From Nanohaloarchaea archaeon B1-Br10_U2g1 (GTDB taxonomy: Archaea > Nanohalarchaeota > Nanosalinia > Nanosalinales > Nanosalinaceae), in NCBI GenBank assembly GCA_001563875.1, contig LKMN01000009.1, positions 1 to 24,492 on the forward strand: a stretch of 24,492 nt of DNA, given 5' to 3'. The position numbers and the translations under genes were made by a program. Every line of letters starts with the position of its first letter. Within the stretch, counting starts at the first letter, position 1. The notes beneath the pieces were generated by a model that worked only from the letters and a program-made list of their open reading frames with translations, did not search any database and was not told where the DNA came from. Positions 7,866 through 15,563 of this stretch are shown here, piece by piece.

Positions 7866-8327
7866 ATGGAGAAGCTTGAACATAAAATAAAGAGAATCTG
7901 GATGGCCAAACTAGGTCTAATAGGTTTTTTACTAGGATTGATATTAGCAATCCCTGTCTACGGTTTAACGGAGCGCTTATCATTGGCTCTGATACCTTTC
8001 ATGTTCCTACCGGTTATTGGTGCATGGTACGCGGTTTTGAGATACTTTAACTGGGGCTTTGAACTAAGGGAGGACCATGTGTATATACAGCGAGGAGTGC
8101 TGGTGAAGGTTGTTTCGATGGTCCCGCATGTAAGGATACAGCATATTGACACCCATAGGACTCCTCTAGAGAGAGTTTTCGGTCTTACATCTCTAAAAAT
8201 CTTCACTGCAGGATCTAGAGGCACAGATGTCAGAATACCGGGACTTGATAAAACAAGAGCCAAAGAGATACAGGAACATCTCAGAGATGTGGCCATTGAG
8301 TCGGAGAAAGGGTTTGACGGTGTATGA
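7866..8327 (+). CDS. YdbS-like membrane protein with bacterial PH (bPH_2) domain
   Basis: Two TM helices followed by QRGVL...VPHVRIQHIDTHRTPLERVFGLTSLKIFTAG...IPGL. Confidence 0.88.
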   Translation: MEKLEHKIKRIWMAKLGLIGFLLGLILAIPVYGLTERLSLALIPFMFLPVIGAWYAVLRYFNWGFELREDHVYIQRGVLVKVVSMVPHVRIQHIDTHRTPLERVFGLTSLKIFTAGSRGTDVRIPGLDKTRAKEIQEHLRDVAIESEKGFDGV

Positions 8328-9745
8328 AACTCTCGAAACTATCGATACCTTATAGGACTGTATCTAAACTGACCACTGTACTTGTATTTGCGCTCTTGTT
8401 CGGAGGAGCATCGCTAATAGCGGAAGGGCCGTTAGGTCTTCTGCTTTTCATAGCGTTTGTATTTTTCGGTACAGGAGTTATTTTTATCTACGAGTATCTT
8501 TACTGGCAGAGATACGTATACAGAATAACAGAAGAAGGGCTGGAGATAAGTTCAGGCGTCTTCTCTAAAAAGACAAGAGATATACCATTAAGAAGGATAC
8601 AGAACGTGGACGTAGACAGAACAGTTTTCCAGCGATTCTTTGGAATTGCTAAAGTAAACGTTGAAACGGCAGGAGGAGATACATCGGAGGCAAATTTCCG
8701 GTACCTAGAATATGGGGATGCTAAAGACGTACAGAAAGAGATAAGAGAGCTTAAAAACAGAAGAACAGAGCCTGAAAAGAAAAAGATAGAGAAAGAGGAT
8801 TTTCGGCTCACCGATAGAAACCTTCTAATACTGAGCGCAGTATCGATAAACCCTCGTACAGCTATAAGTTATGCAGTCCTCGCAGTTTTTGCCGGAACCG
8901 CGCTTATCGGACAGTTAGGCATAGGTACAAGAACTCTGTTAAGCTCGCCAGGACTTATATCGTTAGTGACACTTGCAGTATTTGCTGCATGGGTCTCAAG
9001 CGGACTTTCATCCCTCACAAAGTTTTACGACTTCAAACTTGTGTTCAGAGATAACGCGATAGAGTATGAGAGAGGTCTTCTCCACAGATCTTCGGGGACA
9101 ATCCCTGAGGAAAAGATACAGAACATCATAATTGAAGAGAACTTCTTGAAAAGATGGCTGGGTTATGCGACCTTGAAGGTTGAAACTGCAGGATACGGCC
9201 CGGCCCAGCAACAAGTACAGGGATCAGAGACCGCGATACCTCTTGCTAAAAAGGACAGGATAGTCTCTATAGCAGAAGAGATAGGTGAGTACGAGATGCC
9301 GGAGCTCGACTACGTAAATCAGAGAGCGAGGACAAGATACTTTAGAAGGTATCTACTGCTTGGTTCAGTGCTACTGCTGTTGATGGCTGTCTTAAACGTA
9401 TATACTGGTTTCGGTGCAGTCGTCTACCTAGTACCATTAACCTTGATAATTGGTTCAAGAAAAGCCTCTAGGCTGAAATGGGCGAATATAGGGTACAGTA
9501 TCGGTCAAAAACACTTATTTACACGTAAAGGCTTCTGGAACAGAAGGACCTATACGGTTCCGTATTTCAGGGTTCAGAACCTTGTGAAGACTCAGACAGT
9601 CTTCCAGAAAAGATGGGGTATGGCATCAGTGAATATCGATACGGCTGGATCCGCCTTCACAAACCCTGTTATACCGGATATGCAGGAAGAAAAGGCAGTG
9701 GACAGTATGGAAGATATTTTCTCGAACTTCAAAACGTCGTTGTGA
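8324..9745 (+). CDS. YdbT-like membrane protein with three bPH_2 domains
   Basis: Three repeats of 2 TM + 'IPxxRIQN...QRxxGxAxxxVETAG'. ATGA overlap with the ydbS-like gene. Confidence 0.88.
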   Translation: MKLSKLSIPYRTVSKLTTVLVFALLFGGASLIAEGPLGLLLFIAFVFFGTGVIFIYEYLYWQRYVYRITEEGLEISSGVFSKKTRDIPLRRIQNVDVDRTVFQRFFGIAKVNVETAGGDTSEANFRYLEYGDAKDVQKEIRELKNRRTEPEKKKIEKEDFRLTDRNLLILSAVSINPRTAISYAVLAVFAGTALIGQLGIGTRTLLSSPGLISLVTLAVFAAWVSSGLSSLTKFYDFKLVFRDNAIEYERGLLHRSSGTIPEEKIQNIIIEENFLKRWLGYATLKVETAGYGPAQQQVQGSETAIPLAKKDRIVSIAEEIGEYEMPELDYVNQRARTRYFRRYLLLGSVLLLLMAVLNVYTGFGAVVYLVPLTLIIGSRKASRLKWANIGYSIGQKHLFTRKGFWNRRTYTVPYFRVQNLVKTQTVFQKRWGMASVNIDTAGSAFTNPVIPDMQEEKAVDSMEDIFSNFKTSL

Positions 9746-9793
9746 GAGAAAACGTCTTCTTGAAAAAGATAGGGTTAGAAACAGTTCTCTATT

Positions 9794-11020
9794 ATGCAGA
9801 CAGTAAAACGGAAGAGAGACAGACTTCTTGAAGAAAACCTTTGTGACCACTGTCTAGGAAGACAGTTCGCAAAACTAGGTCATGGACTGGAAAACTGGGA
9901 GAGAGGAGCTATCGCTCGAAGGATAGAGGATCTGGATGAAGACTCTTTCATAAGAGATAATATTCCGGAGACGGCTGAAGAAGGCGGTGAATGCGGTATC
10001 TGTAATGGAGTCTTCGAAAAACTGGAGCACTGGACAGATCTTGTGGTAAACTCGTTTAGACGTTACGAATTAGACACTTTCTTGATAGGTATAAGACCTC
10101 CTCCGGAAGCAGTCGATGCGGAGGACGAGTTATGGGAAGAGTACGGTATCGAATGGGTTGAGCCCTTGAAGACTGAGCTCTCCCGTCTCATAGGTAAAAG
10201 GGTTCACGACAGAACGGGTCTTGAAGTCGACTTCAAGCGGCCGGATATAAACGCGGTAATCGAGATGGATGAGAACAAAGACAGGGTTGAGCTACAGGTT
10301 AACTCGATGCTGATCTACGGACAGTATAATAAGTACTCTCGTGAACTTCCTCAGACTGTCTGGCACTGTAGGAACTGTAGGGGCGGAGGATGTGACGAAT
10401 GCGATTTCACAGGTAAGAACTATCATACCTCTATTCAGGAAGAAATTCAGGAACCGTTCAAAAGAGAAACTAAGTCGATAGAGGCAAAGTTCCACGGTGG
10501 CGGAAGAGAGGATGTCGACGCCAGATGTTTTGGAAGAAGAGAGTTCTTATTAGAGCTTGTAGAGCCTTTGAACCGTGATCTGGATCTTGAACAGTTACAG
10601 GAAGAAGTCAACGAGTCCGACATGATAGAAGTATACAATATTAGGTATGGGGAGAAAGATGAGGTAGAAGAAGTAAAGAACAAGCATGCGGACAAGATGT
10701 ACCGTGCGGATGTAGAGCTCTCTGAAGAAGTAGAAAAAGATGATTTAGAGGTTCTGGAAAAGCTTAAAGGGGTTGTGGAGCAGAGAACTCCTCAACGTGT
10801 TGAACACCGTAGAGCTGACAAGGTAAGAAAGAGAGAGGTCCACAGAGTCTACTGGGAGAAAAAGGATGAAGGTCTAGAGCTTGTGATTAAAGCTGAAGCA
10901 GGTACGTATATCAAAGAACTTATTTCAGGAGATGATGGTAGGGCTGAGCCAAGTGTTTCCGGTTTGCTTGGTGTTGAGGCAGTATGTACTGCTTTGGATG
11001 TAGTGGATATAGAGAAATAA
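9794..11020 (+). CDS. pus10: tRNA pseudouridine(54/55) synthase Pus10
   Basis: LCDHCLGRQFA, GQYNKYSRELPQT, catalytic GREDVD, QRTPQRVEHRRAD and GTYIKELISGD motifs. Confidence 0.95.
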   Translation: MQTVKRKRDRLLEENLCDHCLGRQFAKLGHGLENWERGAIARRIEDLDEDSFIRDNIPETAEEGGECGICNGVFEKLEHWTDLVVNSFRRYELDTFLIGIRPPPEAVDAEDELWEEYGIEWVEPLKTELSRLIGKRVHDRTGLEVDFKRPDINAVIEMDENKDRVELQVNSMLIYGQYNKYSRELPQTVWHCRNCRGGGCDECDFTGKNYHTSIQEEIQEPFKRETKSIEAKFHGGGREDVDARCFGRREFLLELVEPLNRDLDLEQLQEEVNESDMIEVYNIRYGEKDEVEEVKNKHADKMYRADVELSEEVEKDDLEVLEKLKGVVEQRTPQRVEHRRADKVRKREVHRVYWEKKDEGLELVIKAEAGTYIKELISGDDGRAEPSVSGLLGVEAVCTALDVVDIEK

Positions 11021-11035
11021 AAGAGGAATAAGTTG

Positions 11036-11230
11036 TTATTGGTATCCTGTGTCCTGGTAATCTAGGTCTAGATCTCCGTCTTCATAAGCTGTAGCTCTCA
11101 CTGCGCCATCGGTATCGTATCCTACAGCTCTTGCTACTTCGTTATTCTCTGTTCCAAGAGTTGTAACCATTTCAGTCTGTACGTTTTCGACGTTCTCAAG
11201 TCTTCTTTTGACTTCGTTTAGATCTTTCAT
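11036..11230 (-). CDS. Small acidic hypothetical protein (64 aa)
   Basis: ATG start, TTTATAA box about 33 nt upstream, acidic composition like the rest of the proteome, and it fills the pus10-rpl21e gap. Confidence 0.55.
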   Translation of the reverse strand: MKDLNEVKRRLENVENVQTEMVTTLGTENNEVARAVGYDTDGAVRATAYEDGDLDLDYQDTGYQ

Positions 11231-11373
11231 TGTTGGCTCGTATGGTATAATTTGTTTTCCTGCCTTATAAATCTGTTGTTATCTAACAGTAACAACTATT
11301 ATTTGTCGGGCTGAGAAGTCTCCCTATTAAAAAGTTTAATATCTCACTCAGAACTATAGAGGTAGATCAAAAA

Positions 11374-11661
11374 ATGGCACAGAAATCTTCCGGACCACAG
11401 CAGGGAGCAAGAAAAACTCTCTCAAAGGATCCAAGACATAAAACAACAATAAACGACATGCTGAAAACTTTCGAAGAAGGAGAGAAAGCAGTTATCAAGA
11501 TAGATCCGTCGGTAACAGAAGGAAGAGTACACCACAGGTACCACGGTAAAACTGTTGATGTAACAGGTCAGAAAGGAGACGCATACGAAGTAGAGTTCAA
11601 GGAAGGAAACAAAACAAAGACGCTTTACATAAAGCCTGTACACCTAAAAAAGACAGAGTGA
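11374..11661 (+). CDS. rpl21e: 50S ribosomal protein L21e
   Basis: KSSGPQQGARKTL, IKIDPSV..GRVHHRYHGKT and KPVHLK motifs. Confidence 0.95.
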   Translation: MAQKSSGPQQGARKTLSKDPRHKTTINDMLKTFEEGEKAVIKIDPSVTEGRVHHRYHGKTVDVTGQKGDAYEVEFKEGNKTKTLYIKPVHLKKTE

Positions 11662-11667
11662 TTAGAA

Positions 11668-12000
11668 ATGAAGGTAAAAGAAGAAAACTACGCCTACCCT
11701 ATCGAAGCACTAGAAGCACTTCAAGATAAAGACGAAGAGAACCTAAGCCATGAACAGAAGATCGCTCTAGAAAACCTTACAAGACACTGTAAAGTACAAG
11801 ATCTGGGAACTCTAGAAGAGCTTTACAAGGAGCTAACAGAGATAGATTCGCTGAAAGAAAAACATGTCTACAAACTACTAGAAGTAGTTCCAGAACACGA
11901 GTCTACGGTAAGATCCGTTTTCTCAAAAGAAAGAGTAAAACTAGACGACTCTGAGATAAACAAAATCATTGAAATCTGTGGAAGTATAGAAACAGAGTAG
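11668..12000 (+). CDS. rpoF: RNA polymerase subunit F (Rpo4)
   Basis: LSHEQKIALE...KLLEVVPE..STVRSVFSKE HRDC-like pattern. Position between rpl21e and DUF655. Confidence 0.88.
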   Translation: MKVKEENYAYPIEALEALQDKDEENLSHEQKIALENLTRHCKVQDLGTLEELYKELTEIDSLKEKHVYKLLEVVPEHESTVRSVFSKERVKLDDSEINKIIEICGSIETE

Positions 12001-12081
12001 AAAACGTTTACAAACCCGGTAATCGGAAAACTTTTAACTTCTAAATGTTCTGTTATTCATACCTCTAGAAAGGTGTATAAT

Positions 12082-12618
12082 ATGACGGAAAAAGAAGAGA
12101 ACATAAGAGTACTAGACTTCTTAGAACACGGAAGACCAGGAGAGAAAGACGAGCCATCAGCTCAAGGAATAGGAACAAACAACTTCAACCTTTTAGAGGT
12201 GGTAATGCGTGATGAAGAACGGCCTAAAGGAGGAGAAGAGCTCTACATAGGCGAAGGAGAGAGAGATAGAGTCAAGTACATAAAAGGGAGGTTAAGTTAT
12301 GACGACCTAACCGGAAGCGCGAAAAGCGAGCTAAAATACGTCTTACAGGCTATGATAAATGAAGAAGAGGAAAAGTTCGTCGAATTCTTCAACGAAGCAA
12401 CGCCGGTAACACCTAGAAGGCACGCATTCGAACTACTACCGGGCGTAGGAACCAAACATATGCAGAAGCTTCTTGATGAAAGAGAGAAGGGCGAGTTCGA
12501 AGACTTTGATGATATAAGGGAAAGAGTATCAAGCCTACCAGATCCTGAAAAACTTCTAATAGACAGAATAACCGAAGAACTGAAAGGAGAAGCCAAAAGA
12601 AAACTTTTTGTATCCTAG
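12082..12618 (+). CDS. DUF655 family putative nucleic-acid-binding protein (HhH)
   Basis: VLDFLEHG, FNLLEV, FVEFFNEATPVTPRRHAFELLPGVG motifs. SD AAGGTG precedes ATG 12082. Confidence 0.92.
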   Translation: MTEKEENIRVLDFLEHGRPGEKDEPSAQGIGTNNFNLLEVVMRDEERPKGGEELYIGEGERDRVKYIKGRLSYDDLTGSAKSELKYVLQAMINEEEEKFVEFFNEATPVTPRRHAFELLPGVGTKHMQKLLDEREKGEFEDFDDIRERVSSLPDPEKLLIDRITEELKGEAKRKLFVS

Positions 12619-12621
12619 AAA

Positions 12622-13416
12622 ATGATTGATGCTAGGGAAAAACTGGATGAACTAGGTCTAAAACCTGTCAGAGGACAGAACTTTCTGACATCCGAAACCT
12701 CTGTCAAAGCTCTCGTAGAAGCTGGAGAGGTCGAGAATAAAAAGGTGTTAGAGATAGGTCCTGGACTAGGAGCTATAACAAAAGAGCTGGAAGGAAGAGC
12801 CGAAAAAGTGTATGCGGTAGAGAAAGACACTGTTCTAAGTCAGTACCTGAAAAGAAATTTTGATGGAGATGTTGAGATTATCAACGAAAACATACTCGAA
12901 TACGATATACCCGAGGTCGACCGATGTGTCTCCAACCTGCCTTTCCAGATCTCTTCAGAAGTCATAGAGCTCCTAGGTAGAAAACAGATCCAGAGCACTC
13001 TCATACTTCAGAAGGAGCTTGCAGAGAAAGCTGTCAGAGATCCGGGAGAGTCAGACTACGGGCGTTTCACACTGATGGTTAACTACTTTTTCGTACCGGT
13101 CAAACTCCAAGATATATCTAGTGAAAGCTACTATCCGGAGCCAGAGGTCGATACATCGGTACTGAAGCTTTATCCCAACAAGGACAGACACGGAGTAGAA
13201 AACAGAGAACAGTTCTTTGAAATGGTCAAAGCACTCTTCACACATAAAAGGAAAAAAGTTAGGAATGCCTTTGTAGACTCTCGTCACATACTTGAAATAA
13301 GTAAGGAGGATGCTAAACAGCTTAGAGATAGCTTACCACACTCAGAAATAAGAGTAATAAATCTGGATGTTAGAAAGGTTGCAGATATAGCAGAGTTCTT
13401 CTCTGACGAACACTGA
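12622..13416 (+). CDS. ksgA: 16S rRNA dimethyladenosine transferase KsgA/Dim1
   Basis: GQNFL, VLEIGPGLGAIT, AVEKD, SNLPFQISS and LFTHKRKKVRN motifs. Confidence 0.95.
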   Translation: MIDAREKLDELGLKPVRGQNFLTSETSVKALVEAGEVENKKVLEIGPGLGAITKELEGRAEKVYAVEKDTVLSQYLKRNFDGDVEIINENILEYDIPEVDRCVSNLPFQISSEVIELLGRKQIQSTLILQKELAEKAVRDPGESDYGRFTLMVNYFFVPVKLQDISSESYYPEPEVDTSVLKLYPNKDRHGVENREQFFEMVKALFTHKRKKVRNAFVDSRHILEISKEDAKQLRDSLPHSEIRVINLDVRKVADIAEFFSDEH

Positions 13417-13450
13417 AAACCTATTTATTTCTCAGAGCTTTCATTCAATT

Positions 13451-15010
13451 ATGCCGAAATGGATATTTGTTACCGGAGGCGTCCTATCCGGTTTAGGTAA
13501 AGGACTGGTATCTGCAAGCGTCTCAAAACTTCTACAGCAACGTGAACTCGATATAACCCCGGTTAAATGCGACGGCTATCTCAACGTTGACCCTGGTACC
13601 ATGAACCCTCATGAACACGGAGAGGTCTTCGTCCTATCAGATGGAACAGAAGTCGATATGGACTTCGGCCATTATGAAAGGTTTCTAGGTATAGAAACCA
13701 CTGGCGACTGCAACCTTACCTCTGGAAAAGTCTTCTCAGAAGTTATAGACAGAGAGAGAAAAGGCGATTACTTAGGTGAAACTGTACAGATGGTCCCTCA
13801 TGTCACTGAAGAGATAAAGGAAAACTGGAAAGAAGCTGTCGACGATTCGGATATAGGTATTGTCGAGATAGGGGGCACGGTAGGAGATATAGAAAATATG
13901 CTGTATCTAGAGGCTGTAAGACAGATAATTAACGACTTGCCGGATGAAGATACTTATCTAATTCATACAACATTAGTTCCTTACCTCGAAACCACAGGAG
14001 AACAGAAAACCAAGCCTACACAACACTCAGTGAAGAAGCTGCGTGAAACAGGGTTATCGCCGGATATGATAGTAGGAAGAAGCCGCAAACCGCTTCAAAG
14101 TTCTGTAGTAGAGAAAATATCTCTTTTCTGCGATGTCGAGGAACAAGAAGTCATTTCAGACCATGATATTGATAATATCTACCGATTGCCGTTAATATTC
14201 GATGAACAGAACGTTGACACCATTATAAAAGACGAAATGGAGCTGCCAGAGAGAAACAACGGCATAAAGGACTGGAGAGAACGGGTTGAAAACCTAGCTT
14301 CCGAACCTTTAGGAACAGTAGCTATATGCGGCAAGTATATGGCGATGGACGATGCTTACGCATCGGTAGAAGAAGCTTTGAAACATGCCGCAGCCGAAAA
14401 AGGAGGTTCAGTAGAGATACAGCACGTGGAAACCGAAGACATTGATCTCTCTCAGCTTGAAAAGTTTGACGGGGTTGTGATACCCGGAGGATTTGGCTCT
14501 AGAGGAGTAGAAGGCAAGATCAAGGCTGTAGAGTACTGTAGAGAAAATAACGTTCCTATACTAGGGCTTTGTTACGGTATGCAGCTGATGGTTGTCGAGT
14601 TCTCAAGAAATGTCCTAAACTTAGATGCAGCGTCAGAAGAGTTCGAAAAGGGTGAAGAAGACCTGGTTGTTGCAGAGATGTCTGAACAGAAAAATATTGA
14701 ACACAAGGGAGGCACAATGCGGCTAGGAGACTATACTGCGGAGGTAAAAGGCCAAGTCAAGCAGATATACGGATCAAAAAAAGTTACGGAGAGGCATAGA
14801 CATCGATACGAAGTGAACCCGGACTACCACGGCCGGCTTGAAGAAAACGGTCTTAAGATTTCAGGTAAGATGGAAGACGGAACACTAGCAGAGTATGTTG
14901 AGCTGCCGGACAACCGGTTCTTTATAGGGACACAAGCGCATCCGGAGTTCAACTCATCATTCCAGAACCCAAACCCTCTATACACAGAATTCATAAACAG
15001 TATATTATGA
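13451..15010 (+). CDS. pyrG: CTP synthase
   Basis: TGGVLSGLGKG, YLNVDPGTM, KTKPTQHSV, PGGFG, GLCYGMQ, ERHRHRYE and QAHPEF motifs. Confidence 0.98.
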   Translation: MPKWIFVTGGVLSGLGKGLVSASVSKLLQQRELDITPVKCDGYLNVDPGTMNPHEHGEVFVLSDGTEVDMDFGHYERFLGIETTGDCNLTSGKVFSEVIDRERKGDYLGETVQMVPHVTEEIKENWKEAVDDSDIGIVEIGGTVGDIENMLYLEAVRQIINDLPDEDTYLIHTTLVPYLETTGEQKTKPTQHSVKKLRETGLSPDMIVGRSRKPLQSSVVEKISLFCDVEEQEVISDHDIDNIYRLPLIFDEQNVDTIIKDEMELPERNNGIKDWRERVENLASEPLGTVAICGKYMAMDDAYASVEEALKHAAAEKGGSVEIQHVETEDIDLSQLEKFDGVVIPGGFGSRGVEGKIKAVEYCRENNVPILGLCYGMQLMVVEFSRNVLNLDAASEEFEKGEEDLVVAEMSEQKNIEHKGGTMRLGDYTAEVKGQVKQIYGSKKVTERHRHRYEVNPDYHGRLEENGLKISGKMEDGTLAEYVELPDNRFFIGTQAHPEFNSSFQNPNPLYTEFINSIL

Positions 15011-15531
15011 CGGTCTACACTCCCCGTGAAGACAGCATTATGGTGAAAGAGTATATAGAGCGTATGGATCTACAGGACAAAAAGTTCCTAGACGTAGGAA
15101 CAGGATCCGGTATACAGGCCTTGACTGCTGCTAGAAAAGGCGCAGAAGTAACAGCTATAGACTTGAACTGTGAAGCAGTAGATTATACGGACAAAAGAGC
15201 TGAAGAGGAAGATTTAGACGTAAAAACATTTCAGTCAGATCTGTTTGATAAAGTCGAAGATACTTTTGATGTTGTCGTGTTTAATCCGCCTTATTTACCT
15301 GGGAAAAAAGGTATTGGGGATGAAAATATATGGAGAGGTGGGGAAACCGGGCTTGAAACTGTAGAAAGGTTTTTAAAAGAAGTAGAGAGTTATTTAAACT
15401 CTGGAGGAACCTTTATAACGGTTCTAAGCTCTGAGACAGACTGGGAAAGCGTCAGAGACCGTTTCAATCTTGAGATAGCTGGATCAGAAAAACTCTGGTT
15501 TGAAACCGTTTATCTGGCTGTAAAAACGTAG
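15007..15531 (+). CDS. HemK-related (archaeal PrmC/HemK2-type) SAM-dependent methyltransferase
   Basis: VYTPREDS, LDVGTGSG, SDLF, FNPPYLP and WRGGETG motifs. Confidence 0.9.
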   Translation: MTVYTPREDSIMVKEYIERMDLQDKKFLDVGTGSGIQALTAARKGAEVTAIDLNCEAVDYTDKRAEEEDLDVKTFQSDLFDKVEDTFDVVVFNPPYLPGKKGIGDENIWRGGETGLETVERFLKEVESYLNSGGTFITVLSSETDWESVRDRFNLEIAGSEKLWFETVYLAVKT

Positions 15532-15563
15532 ATTTTTTAACACATCTAACCTTAAACCTATGC

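Noticed and set aside
15007-15531. NPPY-motif protein as a DNA adenine methyltransferase of a restriction-modification system
   Set aside because: Size, the VYxPxEDS N-terminus and position near ksgA fit the HemK/PrmC-like family. There is no adjacent nuclease or specificity gene.
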